From Thermococcus sp. JdFR-02 (GTDB lineage Archaea; Methanobacteriota_B; Thermococci; Thermococcales; Thermococcaceae): 64,000 nucleotides of DNA. The position numbers and the translations under genes were made by a program. The DNA lies in the NCBI GenBank assembly GCA_002009975.1, contig MTLP01000028.1:44534-108533 (forward strand), in the 5' to 3' direction. This document shows, piece after piece, positions 52,531-64,000 of this stretch; within the stretch, counting starts at the first letter, position 1; each line of letters opens with the position of its first letter. The notes below the pieces were generated by a model. It did no database searches. It saw only the letters and a list, made by a program, of their open reading frames with translations, and was not told the DNA's origin.

Positions 52531-52959
52531 TCACAAGTGTTGAATTGGTGTTTCTGCACCACAGGCTTCACATTTGAGGAAGTGGAACCTTCCTCTCTTA
52601 ATGATTTTTGTATCTGGTGCTCCACAAACTGGACAAATAACATATTCTTTGAGATATTTCTTCATTTTGTTTCCAATTAGATATGGAGTAAAGCGCCCTT
52701 GCAATATTACTCTCCTTCCCTCCAAGCTTCCAGCAGTTGCAACTTCTCTCAAGATAAACTTTAGTAGATGCTGAGGATCTCTATTTAGAGCATCTGCAAT
52801 ATCTTTGAAGTTTTCAATGATTGTTTTATTTCCTTCTATTGTAACAATAGCCGCTGGAACTTCAAATCTTGAATCATGGTGCTTAACATTCTCTGGGAGT
52901 TCATCATAAGCTTTTTCTAAGAGCTTTTCATAATCGTAATAGTCATATCCTCCTGTCAT
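52531..52959 (-). CDS. eif2b: Translation initiation factor aIF2 beta
   Basis: [13 protein letters not shown]; CPVCGAPDT...CEACGA zinc ribbon. Confidence 0.95.
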   Translation of the reverse strand: MTGGYDYYDYEKLLEKAYDELPENVKHHDSRFEVPAAIVTIEGNKTIIENFKDIADALNRDPQHLLKFILREVATAGSLEGRRVILQGRFTPYLIGNKMKKYLKEYVICPVCGAPDTKIIKRGRFHFLKCEACGAETPIQHL

Positions 52960-52972
52960 TTAATCACCTCCA

Positions 52973-55900
52973 CTATGCTACACGATAGAATCCATCTTTT
53001 GGCATATAAACCATTCCATCAGTCATCAATCTTTCAATAATTTTTCTCGCCTCACTTCTATGAATGTTATACCTCTCAGCTTCTTTAAGAATTTCGTCTA
53101 TAGGTGCTCCATTTTCAGTGAAGTTTTCTAACTCTTTAATGATCTCCAATATCCTATCGATCTTATTTATCTGCCTTGAGGATTTGCCCACTTCAAGGAT
53201 TGAAATGTCTAAGAATCCTTCTTCATCCATTGCGACTTGCTTTAACGTGTATTCAATTAGCCTTATTGCATCCTGAGCATCTTCCCTCGTTACAACCTCA
53301 CTTAAACGCATCCTTGCTCTAGCTTCGCTTAGCCTTATTAATGCCTCTAATTGACGGGGTGTTATGGGTATTGGCTTTACTCCTTCTTCATTTCCACTTC
53401 TTATCTTTCTCCTCATCTTCACATAGTAATGCAGAATCTCATCCATTGCTTCTCTGCTCAATACTGGATGAATATTCTTCCTAGCGTAGGCAATGTATTT
53501 TTTGAGCAAGTCATAGGGGATTTTAGGTGCTACTGCCTCTGCTTCTCCCCTTCTAACCTTTAGAATATGCCTGGCTATTTCAGAGTCTAACCTTTCATTT
53601 GGCTCGTCAATTAGGACAAATATTAAATCAAATCTGCTTAAAAGGGTTGGAGGTAAATCGAGTTGTTCTGGTAAAGGCTTGAGCTTATTGAATCTTCCAT
53701 ACTTTGGATTTGCAGCTGCAATAACGGTTGTTCTTGAATTTAGAGTTGCTGTAATACCTGCCTTGGAGATGCTAACACTTTGCTGCTCAAGTGCTTCATG
53801 TATGGCACTCCTATCTTTATCGCTCATTTTGTCGAACTCATCAATACAATTATGGACTATTATACCCTCTGCAACAAAATTGTGAAATTCTGGAACGTAC
53901 AAGTCATATACATAACCATCGTAAGGAACTTCCTCTATACTGATAATTTCATCGAGGAAGTAATCTCTATTAGCTAGAGCTTTAAGCAGATTTAATGTAT
54001 GAACGTCAAGATGTATTGAAAGTTTCTCAAGTAGTTTCTTTATTTGAATTCTACTTGGGGGATATCTTTCATTTGCATAAGCGTATAGCGTACTCCATAA
54101 TCCCTCCTTTTGAAGTATAGTTGAAGGCACACTCCTTATGATCCTTCTTGCTATTTTTGCAACAATTTTTGAAGGAACTTTGTCGCTGGAAGATGAAACT
54201 TTATGCTTCTTGATTGGTAAGTCCTTAACTTTTACACTATATTGCTTAATGGCTTTTATTAGATTTTCAATGTCCTCTCTCCCTGTAATTCTTATTCTAT
54301 TAACACTTTTACTCCTAATTAGTTGTGAATAAATATCAAACCTTCTTAGTGCAAGCATGAATGCTTTGTCTTTTTCTTCATCATTAGAAAGCAGAAATTC
54401 AACATGGACAACTTGATACTCTTTTTTACCATTATTCGAGGTTTTTATTGAAATACATCCGTCAGAGTCTAATGTTCCAGCTATGAAAGCTTTTAGTGCC
54501 TCATCATCAAGTTTAAAGAGATTTTCAAAGTTATTTTGAATTAGATATTTGTATAGGTATACTAGAAGTTGTGAGTCAATATGGAAAATAATATTCTCAC
54601 TTTCGATATTTTGTTCATTAATCTTGTTCTTTGTCCTTCTTTTATATTCTTTAAGATCTCCTTCATAAAACGTGGAGAATACGCTTTTTATAGCTTCTAT
54701 TTGCTTCTTGTGAGCGGTAGATTGAACAATGAATATGGTCGCCCTTCTTTTACTTTCTTGGATCCATCCATCTCCATAAACAAAGCCTAAAAAGTAAGCG
54801 AGTTCAGGTGTTATCGTTGCAACTTTAAGTTTATCTCCCCTAAACTTCCTTCCAAAGGCTAAAGGTCTTTCTTTCCATTTTTCATAAATTCCTAAGTCCT
54901 TTAAAATCTGTTTAAAGGTTTTGACGCTCATTTGGCTTCTTCCTGAAAGAACATCCTTCGAAATATTGTATTTTCTATTAAACTCTGCTAAGTTTTTAAA
55001 CTTCCTTAAAATTTCAATCTTAAGTTCCTCTTTTTCTTCTTTTGTAAGCATGACCTTCCAATTATCTGGAATGATATCAAGGATGTATGTCTTTTCTTTA
55101 ATGCTTGGTAGTTTAAGAGGAGCAACAATCTTATCTCCAGCTTTAAATTTCTGAGCTTCTTTCCATTCTAAAGTCTCACCATCAATTAACAGGTGGTCTG
55201 GTGTTAGGGTTATTTCATTACCCGATTTAAACTTAATTTTCAAAAGTTCCCCTTTCCAATGTTTTCTTCTTAATATCGTTGCTTTGGTTTTTGTTGTTTT
55301 TATATCTCTTAGAGAGAGGGAAATAACATCTTCACTTATTTCTTGGATATCCACTATCTCATCTTTTGTTTTTGCTTTATAGGATTGTGAGAGATCAAAC
55401 AGCTCTTTAATCCTTACATATTTGTTATTCACTAAAACTCTTGAATCTGGATGAAGACATGCGATTCCTCCATCTGCTAAAACCAAAACACCAGCTTCTA
55501 GGACCCAAGAGCCTGTTAGCTCATCGCGTACAGCTGCTGCAGTCAAACCGGCTGCTGAGCTAGACTTGCCACTTGTATAAATTGCTCTCGGAGCTAAGTT
55601 GGCGATATAACGTAAAAGCTGGCTATTATGAACAAAAATGTCATTGGCAATGAAGTTGTGATGTTCTGGAACTTGGAGATCATAAACCCACTTGTCTTTT
55701 GGTGTATAAACTTTAATTTCTTCAATTTCGTCCCATAAGATATCTGAATTAGCGAGGAGCTTTAAAAGTTCTATTTTTTTCTTAATATTTTCATTAGTTC
55801 CTCTGTTACTTGCAGCTTCTTCGAATGTTTCAGCTATTATCATGAGGTTCTTTCTACTTGGTCTTCTATCGTTTCTTTCATAGTGAAGGTAAGTTGAACG

Positions 55901-58069
55901 ATTTATACCAACTTCAAATTGAGAAAGCCCTAAAGATTTCCTTACCTCTTTTAGAATCTCTCCTAAATAGGGCAAAACATCAATGTTTGGATTATTTTTT
56001 AATCCGTTTTTGATTATTTTTTCTAAGCGTTCTTGTTTTTCTTTTACAGTGAACCCAATTTCTTTATAAAACTTTAAAACGTTTCTTCCTGTTATTGTTA
56101 ATCTGTAATATGTTTTTCTAATAGATTTTGGCGAATTTGAGGCTCTTGCTTTTGTCTCATGAAGTTGAGATATTATTCCAAATCTGAGCAATAAATGTCG
56201 AATGTTCTCAAGAAGCTCCTTTGAAGCAGATGTTACTACAATTTTAAATCTATCTTTTGAGAGACTTCCTTCAGCATCAAAATAGGCTGACAGAAATGAT
56301 CTGAGTTCATCTTTACTGCATTTAAAGAGCAACTTTGGAACTTTCTTTTCACTCGATTTTCCAACAGCACCAAGTTTTTCTAAGAAGTTGTAGAGCTCAA
56401 TACTGCTAACATAACTCTCTCTAGCTTTTTTTCCTTTATGCGGTCCTCTGAGTGCGGGATTTAATCCCAAGTTCATTAGATATTCGTAAACTCCACCTAA
56501 CAGACTTTCATCATTATTTGTAAAGAATATTGTTGCACTTCCACTGTTACTCTTTTGAGCATACCCTTCTCCGATTAAGAGTCCAATAAATCTCCAGAAT
56601 TCTGGGTTCGTTTTCTTTGGAACTCTCAAACGAACTGCATTATTTGATTTTGACTTTTCAAAATTAATATTTAATGGTTGTTGTTCCCCGAAATGATAAA
56701 TCCTTCTTGGAACTGCAATTAAATCACCAGCATTTAGATCCCTAGCACTTTTTGTCTTAAATTGTCCATTTTCAAATGTGAAGAAAGGATGTGTTGGCGT
56801 GACGTTTATTTCTCTTCCTGTCTTAGTCTTAATTTTGAGCATTCTCTCTGGTGCTTTTCTTTTCCATGCAATATTTGCTTTAGCTTTTATAACCTTTAGA
56901 GTTCTAGCGTCTAAAGCATAGATCTCTAAATCAATTGGTGCATAAACTCCATCATCCACTTTCCCAAGCGTCCCATCTCTTTCTGCCAGCTTGATCGCTT
57001 CTTCTACTATTTTGCCAATTTTCTCTAGACTTCCATTGGCTAATAGAACCTTTGTATTATAATCAACACACTTAGCTACGCCCGGATCTCCAACCAAAAG
57101 AACATGGCTCTCTCCTCTAAGTTTTGTTCCATCTGGGAGCTGCTTGGTAACTCCTCCAAATAATGCCAAAGCAATTCCTTTCTTCTCTTCCTTTAAGCCA
57201 TAGATAGCCGGGGCAATGGAATCCACTATTGCGTCAATTATATCGGGTCTCTTTGCCAATTCCCTAATCTTTTGCTCGTCTTCTGGCGTTATCTCCAATT
57301 CCTCGATCTCTTTGCTCAATTGTTCAATATGATTGACTTCGAGTATTTTCTTAAAAATCGGTCTCTTCTCTCTAGCTTCAAGGATTACCCTTAAGATTCC
57401 CGTTATTACAACTCTATCACCGGGCAAAGCAACATCCACCAAGTCATCTAGGAGAATTGCATCAATAAAACGTGGCATTTGACCTCCTTTTAAGCTTTCG
57501 GGTCTGTCTTGGAGTCTAAAAGTTTGGAGATTTATAAAGCTGCTCTTATTGACATCTAAATCGATGTTTCTGCTTCCACAATTTTCACATCTACTTGGCT
57601 TTGCTATTTGTTTGAAAGGTCTTTGAATTCTAATCATCTCATTACCACAATCTTTACACACAAAAACTGCTCTATTAACGTAAGGTTTGACCTCACTTAC
57701 TCTCGTTATAATTCCATCAACCTGGATTAGTTTGTTTATATGTTCACTGCCTATTTCTTTAACAAGGAGGGTTTTTGATAGGTTATAGAACCTTGGATGC
57801 AGAATAAATTCCTCATCGAAGTCTTCAATTAGAATGGTTCTTAAAGCGTCTTCAGCAGCTAAGATGGCTTCCTCTGGATTGTCAATTACTTCCTTTGCAA
57901 GTTCAGGATTATAAGAATTCAAATGAGCCCAGTCAATTGAAATTGAGCGTTTGGGAACTGTAGTGAGCACATCTTTTATTCTATTTTTATACACCCTATT
58001 TCCTTTTGAGTCAGAGTAATTCCTAAAGAATTCTAAAAAGCCTTTAATCATCTCTTCCCTTTCCATCAC
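52973..58069 (-). CDS. mcm: Replicative helicase MCM containing two inteins (about 679 aa after splicing)
   Basis: Zn finger CKDC/CENC; GDPGVAK/S Walker A; IDEFDKM Walker B; LSRFD arginine finger. Confidence 0.96.
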   Translation of the reverse strand: MMEREEMIKGFLEFFRNYSDSKGNRVYKNRIKDVLTTVPKRSISIDWAHLNSYNPELAKEVIDNPEEAILAAEDALRTILIEDFDEEFILHPRFYNLSKTLLVKEIGSEHINKLIQVDGIITRVSEVKPYVNRAVFVCKDCGNEMIRIQRPFKQIAKPSRCENCGSRNIDLDVNKSSFINLQTFRLQDRPESLKGGQMPRFIDAILLDDLVDVALPGDRVVITGILRVILEAREKRPIFKKILEVNHIEQLSKEIEELEITPEDEQKIRELAKRPDIIDAIVDSIAPAIYGLKEEKKGIALALFGGVTKQLPDGTKLRGESHVLLVGDPGVAKCVDYNTKVLLANGSLEKIGKIVEEAIKLAERDGTLGKVDDGVYAPIDLEIYALDARTLKVIKAKANIAWKRKAPERMLKIKTKTGREINVTPTHPFFTFENGQFKTKSARDLNAGDLIAVPRRIYHFGEQQPLNINFEKSKSNNAVRLRVPKKTNPEFWRFIGLLIGEGYAQKSNSGSATIFFTNNDESLLGGVYEYLMNLGLNPALRGPHKGKKARESYVSSIELYNFLEKLGAVGKSSEKKVPKLLFKCSKDELRSFLSAYFDAEGSLSKDRFKIVVTSASKELLENIRHLLLRFGIISQLHETKARASNSPKSIRKTYYRLTITGRNVLKFYKEIGFTVKEKQERLEKIIKNGLKNNPNIDVLPYLGEILKEVRKSLGLSQFEVGINRSTYLHYERNDRRPSRKNLMIIAETFEEAASNRGTNENIKKKIELLKLLANSDILWDEIEEIKVYTPKDKWVYDLQVPEHHNFIANDIFVHNSQLLRYIANLAPRAIYTSGKSSSAAGLTAAAVRDELTGSWVLEAGVLVLADGGIACLHPDSRVLVNNKYVRIKELFDLSQSYKAKTKDEIVDIQEISEDVISLSLRDIKTTKTKATILRRKHWKGELLKIKFKSGNEITLTPDHLLIDGETLEWKEAQKFKAGDKIVAPLKLPSIKEKTYILDIIPDNWKVMLTKEEKEELKIEILRKFKNLAEFNRKYNISKDVLSGRSQMSVKTFKQILKDLGIYEKWKERPLAFGRKFRGDKLKVATITPELAYFLGFVYGDGWIQESKRRATIFIVQSTAHKKQIEAIKSVFSTFYEGDLKEYKRRTKNKINEQNIESENIIFHIDSQLLVYLYKYLIQNNFENLFKLDDEALKAFIAGTLDSDGCISIKTSNNGKKEYQVVHVEFLLSNDEEKDKAFMLALRRFDIYSQLIRSKSVNRIRITGREDIENLIKAIKQYSVKVKDLPIKKHKVSSSSDKVPSKIVAKIARRIIRSVPSTILQKEGLWSTLYAYANERYPPSRIQIKKLLEKLSIHLDVHTLNLLKALANRDYFLDEIISIEEVPYDGYVYDLYVPEFHNFVAEGIIVHNCIDEFDKMSDKDRSAIHEALEQQSVSISKAGITATLNSRTTVIAAANPKYGRFNKLKPLPEQLDLPPTLLSRFDLIFVLIDEPNERLDSEIARHILKVRRGEAEAVAPKIPYDLLKKYIAYARKNIHPVLSREAMDEILHYYVKMRRKIRSGNEEGVKPIPITPRQLEALIRLSEARARMRLSEVVTREDAQDAIRLIEYTLKQVAMDEEGFLDISILEVGKSSRQINKIDRILEIIKELENFTENGAPIDEILKEAERYNIHRSEARKIIERLMTDGMVYMPKDGFYRVA
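53849..55459 (-). mobile_element. MCM intein 2 (537 aa) with LAGLIDADG endonuclease
   Basis: A|CLHPD ... IVHN|C junctions just before Walker B; TPDHL; LGFVYGDG and AGTLDSDG. Confidence 0.93.
55625..57070 (-). mobile_element. MCM intein 1 (482 aa) with LAGLIDADG endonuclease and XRE-like HTH
   Basis: K|CVDYNT ... FVHN|S junctions inside Walker A; TPTHPF block B; IGLLIGEG and SAYFDAEG. Confidence 0.93.
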
Positions 58070-58560
58070 TCCTCACCAAGCCAGGATATTCTAATTTTTG
58101 ACATCTTTAAGTAGAGTTCTCTCTCCTTTGGGGCAAGTCTGCTAAGAATCTCTAAGCTATTTGGTCTGAGCATGACGGCTTTTAAAATTTTGTTAAAACG
58201 TATCCTTTTTAAATCGTCATACTTGCTTTTTAAATTGCTTAGCTTTGCTAAATATGCCTTTAATGCTTCTGGAGATAGATATTGAGGATTTTCAAGGATC
58301 CTATTCAGGTAATAAATGTAAAACTCAGCTCTATCGTAGAGAGTCTCATCGATATCAACTAGAGGTCTGTTATCTTTTTCGTCACCAATTGCTTTATCAA
58401 GTTCAATAATTATTTTCTCAACCTCATCAATAATTTCAACTATTCCACTTTCAAAGAGTTCCTTGGCTTTCCAGTCTTCCATGAGAACCATATCTCCTGG
58501 TTTCCATTCTCCAAATGCCTTCAAAATCTTTACAGGTATTACAGCTCTCCCCATAAACAT
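58066..58560 (-). CDS. GINS subunit Gins23
   Basis: Overlaps the mcm start (the usual Thermococcales arrangement); beta-then-alpha organisation, LKRIRFNKILK. Confidence 0.8.
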   Translation of the reverse strand: MFMGRAVIPVKILKAFGEWKPGDMVLMEDWKAKELFESGIVEIIDEVEKIIIELDKAIGDEKDNRPLVDIDETLYDRAEFYIYYLNRILENPQYLSPEALKAYLAKLSNLKSKYDDLKRIRFNKILKAVMLRPNSLEILSRLAPKERELYLKMSKIRISWLGEE

Positions 58561-58726
58561 GAATCTCACCTTTGTTGGAGTAATTTTTTAAGAGTTTATG
58601 GCTATTCGCCACAACTCTATTACCTTGCATAAATGATTGATACTTTAAGATATTAAATGTTGTCCTCAAATACATTATAGTGCAAATGGTTTTAAACGCA
58701 TGGTGTATAGTTTAAACGGTGGTAAT

Positions 58727-59239
58727 ATGAAAATTGGGGTTATGAGTGATACTCATGATAATTTGCCAGCAGCAGAAAAAGCAGTTGAACTGTTTAATAA
58801 GGAAGGCGTGGAATTGGTGATACATTGCGGAGATTATGTAGCACCTTTTGTTAAAAAGGTGTTCTCAAAGTTAAAAGCTCCTCTTAAAGGGGTCTTTGGA
58901 AACAATGATGGAGAGAAAAAGGGTCTGAAGAATGTTTTAGGGATAGAAGATGAAATCCTTGAGTTGAATATTGGGGGAATAAAGATAGCGGTTCTTCATG
59001 GAACTGACGAGAGGATTGTTGAGGCTTTTGTAAGGAGTCAGCTTTATGACATTGTGATAAGAGGACATACCCATAAATACGAAATAAGAGAAGTTGGAAG
59101 GACTATATTACTAAACCCCGGTGAAGTTTGTGGATATGTTACAGGAGTTAAAAGTGTTGCCTTTATTGATATAACAAAAAGGGAGATCAAGATCGTTAAT
59201 TTGGAAACAGGTGAACCTTTAGGCTTTATGAGCATATGA
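58727..59239 (+). CDS. YfcE/MJ0936-family metallophosphoesterase
   Basis: SDTHDN, HCGD, GNND, HG, GHTH, NPGE. Confidence 0.92.
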   Translation: MKIGVMSDTHDNLPAAEKAVELFNKEGVELVIHCGDYVAPFVKKVFSKLKAPLKGVFGNNDGEKKGLKNVLGIEDEILELNIGGIKIAVLHGTDERIVEAFVRSQLYDIVIRGHTHKYEIREVGRTILLNPGEVCGYVTGVKSVAFIDITKREIKIVNLETGEPLGFMSI

Positions 59240-59284
59240 CCCTTAATTTTAAGTATTTTAAGAGAAAAACCTAATAAAATTCAA

Positions 59285-61560
<2,276 letters not shown>

Positions 61561-61658
61561 CTAAACTATGTTCTTTTGTGTTCTTTTGAGCATTTTATAT
61601 CTATAAAAATGCTTTTAAACTTTACAAACTACAAATTTTCAGCGTCGAGGTGATTTTT

Positions 61659-63227
61659 ATGAGCATGGAAGAAAAGGTTAAAGAGCTTATAGAAAAAAGG
61701 GAGAAAATCATTAAAATGGGTGGAGAAGCAAAAGTCAAGAAGCAACATGAAAAAGGAAAGCTTACAGCTAGGGAAAGGATAGAAAAGCTCTTAGATCCGG
61801 GTAGTTTTGTTGAACTTGGCATGTTTGTTAAGCACAGAAATACTGAGTTTGGTCTCGATAAAATGGAACTTCCAGCAGATGGTGTTGTGACAGGCTATGG
61901 AACTATCGATGGAAGATTGGTATTTGTATTTGCTCAAGATTTCACAGTTATGGGTGGTTCTTTGGGAGAGATGCATGCAGCTAAGATAAAGAGGGTTATG
62001 GAACTTGCTATGGAAGTAGGTGCACCAATAATTGGCTTAAATGATTCGGGTGGAGCAAGGATTCAAGAGGGTGTTGATTCGCTAAAGGGTTATGGTGAGA
62101 TCTTTAGAATGAACACTTTAGCAAGTGGAGTTGTCCCACAAATAACTGTTATTATGGGTCCATGTGCTGGTGGAGCAGTTTACAGCCCAGCAATTGGTGA
62201 TTTTATAGTTATGGTAAATAATCCAGCAACGTTCATGTTCATTACAGGTCCACAAGTTGTTAAAGCGGTAACTGGTGTGGAGGTTTCTTCAGAACAATTG
62301 GGTGGAGCATTGGCACATGCTCAAAAGAGCGGACAAGCACATTTAGTAGCCAATAGTGATGAAGAAGCTCTAATGTTAGTTAGGCGTTTGATTAGTTATT
62401 TGCCCTCAAACAACATGGAGAAGCCTCCAAGGATGCAATCAACTGATCCACCATTTAGGAAAACAGAGAAACTCTATGAGATTGTTCCAGATGATCCTAA
62501 CAAAGGTTACGATGTTAGGCAGGTTATTTATGAAATCGTTGATAGAGATGTCAATGGAAACCCAGATTTCCTTGAGGTATTGCCCTACTTTGCTCCAAAC
62601 GCTGTTGTAGGTTTTGGACGCTTTAACGGTCAAACAGTTGGAATTGTAGCAAACAATCCAATTCACTTAGCTGGAGTCTTGGATATTGACTCAAGTGATA
62701 AGATTGCTCGCTTTGTGAGAACTTGTGATGCCTTCAACATTCCAATAGTGACCTTAGTAGATGTTCCAGGTTATTTGCCCGGTGTAAACCAAGAGCATGG
62801 AGGAATAATTAGACACGGTGCAAAAGTTTTGTACGCTTATGCAGAGGCAACTGTTCCAATGGTTACCATAATTTTAAGGAAAGCCTATGGTGGAGCTTAT
62901 TTGGCTATGGGCTCAAAGCATTTGGGTGCTGATATAGTTTATGCATGGCCAACCGCGGAGATAGCGGTTATGGGACCAGAAGGCGCTGCGAACATTATAT
63001 TTAGGAAAGAAATTGCAAAAGCTGAAAATCCAGAGGAGTTTAGGCAACAAAAGATTAGAGAGTACAGGGAAAGGTTCGCAAACCCATATATTGCTGCTTC
63101 AAGGGGATATATCGACGATGTAATTGATCCAGCAGAAACAAGAGCAAGGATAATTCTGGCTTTAGAAGCTTTGGAGAGTAAGAGGGCAAAACTACCACCA
63201 AAGAAACACGGGAATATTCCATTATGA
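61659..63227 (+). CDS. mmdA: Methylmalonyl-CoA decarboxylase alpha (carboxyltransferase) subunit
   Basis: DSGGARIQEG, GPCAGGAVYSP, RKAYGGAY, KHGNIPL. Confidence 0.93.
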   Translation: MSMEEKVKELIEKREKIIKMGGEAKVKKQHEKGKLTARERIEKLLDPGSFVELGMFVKHRNTEFGLDKMELPADGVVTGYGTIDGRLVFVFAQDFTVMGGSLGEMHAAKIKRVMELAMEVGAPIIGLNDSGGARIQEGVDSLKGYGEIFRMNTLASGVVPQITVIMGPCAGGAVYSPAIGDFIVMVNNPATFMFITGPQVVKAVTGVEVSSEQLGGALAHAQKSGQAHLVANSDEEALMLVRRLISYLPSNNMEKPPRMQSTDPPFRKTEKLYEIVPDDPNKGYDVRQVIYEIVDRDVNGNPDFLEVLPYFAPNAVVGFGRFNGQTVGIVANNPIHLAGVLDIDSSDKIARFVRTCDAFNIPIVTLVDVPGYLPGVNQEHGGIIRHGAKVLYAYAEATVPMVTIILRKAYGGAYLAMGSKHLGADIVYAWPTAEIAVMGPEGAANIIFRKEIAKAENPEEFRQQKIREYRERFANPYIAASRGYIDDVIDPAETRARIILALEALESKRAKLPPKKHGNIPL

Positions 63228-63237
63228 GGTGTGAGAG

Positions 63238-63630
63238 ATGATAACTTGGGAGGCATTCCTTCAAGGTCTCTATATTACAATTTTGGGAGTTTCAGTGGTT
63301 TTTGGAGTTCTTATCATTTTAGCTTTAGCTATGGAAGGAATAGGATATATCGAAAGGGTATTGACACTTCCAAAGAAGCCTAAGAAAGAGGAAAAAGTTA
63401 AGGTTAAGGAAGAGAAAGCTGAAGTACCAAAGGTAGAAGAGAAGCCTAAGATTGAACCAAAGAAGCTCGCGATAATTACAGCTGCCATTTTAAGCTATAT
63501 AGCTGAGAAGAATGCCCAACTAAGACCTTTACCTTTTAAGAGAAAGCCTTCTCAAAGTTGGTATATTTATGGTTTACAAACTCAAATGGATGAAGTTGAA
63601 AATTTCAATTATGAATTAGGGAAGTGGTAA
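63238..63630 (+). CDS. mmdD: Methylmalonyl-CoA decarboxylase delta subunit (OadG family)
   Basis: One N-terminal TM, Lys/Glu/Pro linker, AIITAAI. Confidence 0.85.
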   Translation: MITWEAFLQGLYITILGVSVVFGVLIILALAMEGIGYIERVLTLPKKPKKEEKVKVKEEKAEVPKVEEKPKIEPKKLAIITAAILSYIAEKNAQLRPLPFKRKPSQSWYIYGLQTQMDEVENFNYELGKW

Positions 63631-63632
63631 GA

Positions 63633-64000
63633 ATGAAAGGAAAGGTTAAAGTCATTGTTGATGGGGTTACCTATGAAGTTGAGGTTGAAGAAATAGGTGT
63701 AGGAAAGTTTAGGGTTGCGTTTGAAGGCGAAAGCTATGAAGTTGAAGCCAGAGATTTGGGGATCCCATTAAGTGCAATACAAACACCTCAAACTGCTCCA
63801 CAAGTTGCTCCAGTTGCTCCTATTCCTACTCCACAAATCCCTCCTGCTCCTTCCGTGCCTGAAACCCCAAAGGTCGCAGTAGGCGAGGGTGTTGTCTCTG
63901 CTCCTATGCCTGGTAAGGTTTTGAGGGTTTTGGTTAGGGAGGGTGATAGGGTTAGTGTGGGTCAGGGTTTGTTGATTCTTGAGGCTATGAAGATGGAGAA
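63633..64000 (+). CDS. mmdC: Biotin carboxyl carrier (gamma) subunit, truncated by the window end; not in the ORF track
   Basis: Manual translation MKGKVKVIVDG, Pro/Ala linker, SAPMPGKVL...LEAMKME biotinylation motif. Confidence 0.92.
   Translation, partial: MKGKVKVIVDGVTYEVEVEEIGVGKFRVAFEGESYEVEARDLGIPLSAIQTPQTAPQVAPVAPIPTPQIPPAPSVPETPKVAVGEGVVSAPMPGKVLRVLVREGDRVSVGQGLLILEAMKME

Overview
Gene-dense, AT-rich archaeal chromosome segment from a member of the Thermococcales. The assignment rests on the ADP-dependent glucokinase, cupin PGI, archaeal asparagine synthetase, GINS23-MCM with inteins, DUF257/DUF835 genes and GGTGA ribosome-binding sites. Most of the window is housekeeping and metabolic genes: a 5'-truncated giant subtilase, stomatin/NfeD, NMD3, CoA-disulfide reductase, RNase Z, pgi-glkA followed by the mannosylglycerate operon, a Ni/Co ECF transporter, ClC, agmatinase, aIF5A, Nep1, argF, thyX, L10e, aIF2-beta, an MCM with two inteins, rtcA and the start of the methylmalonyl-CoA decarboxylase operon. 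The most notable accessory element is a ~6.2 kb cassette between speB and eif5a. It encodes a sugar ABC importer without an ATPase, a sucrose-phosphate-synthase-like GT4 glycosyltransferase, a PfkB kinase and TrmB, and is a candidate undescribed archaeal sucrose/fructoside utilisation system. Other highlights are a subtilase with a ~550-aa nested, apparently circularly permuted insertion, a CitX-like protein coupled to a phosphoesterase, and a degenerate AAA+ protein coupled to rtcA. I recognised no rRNA, tRNA, CRISPR array or transposase. All product calls come from motif recognition by eye, not database searches.
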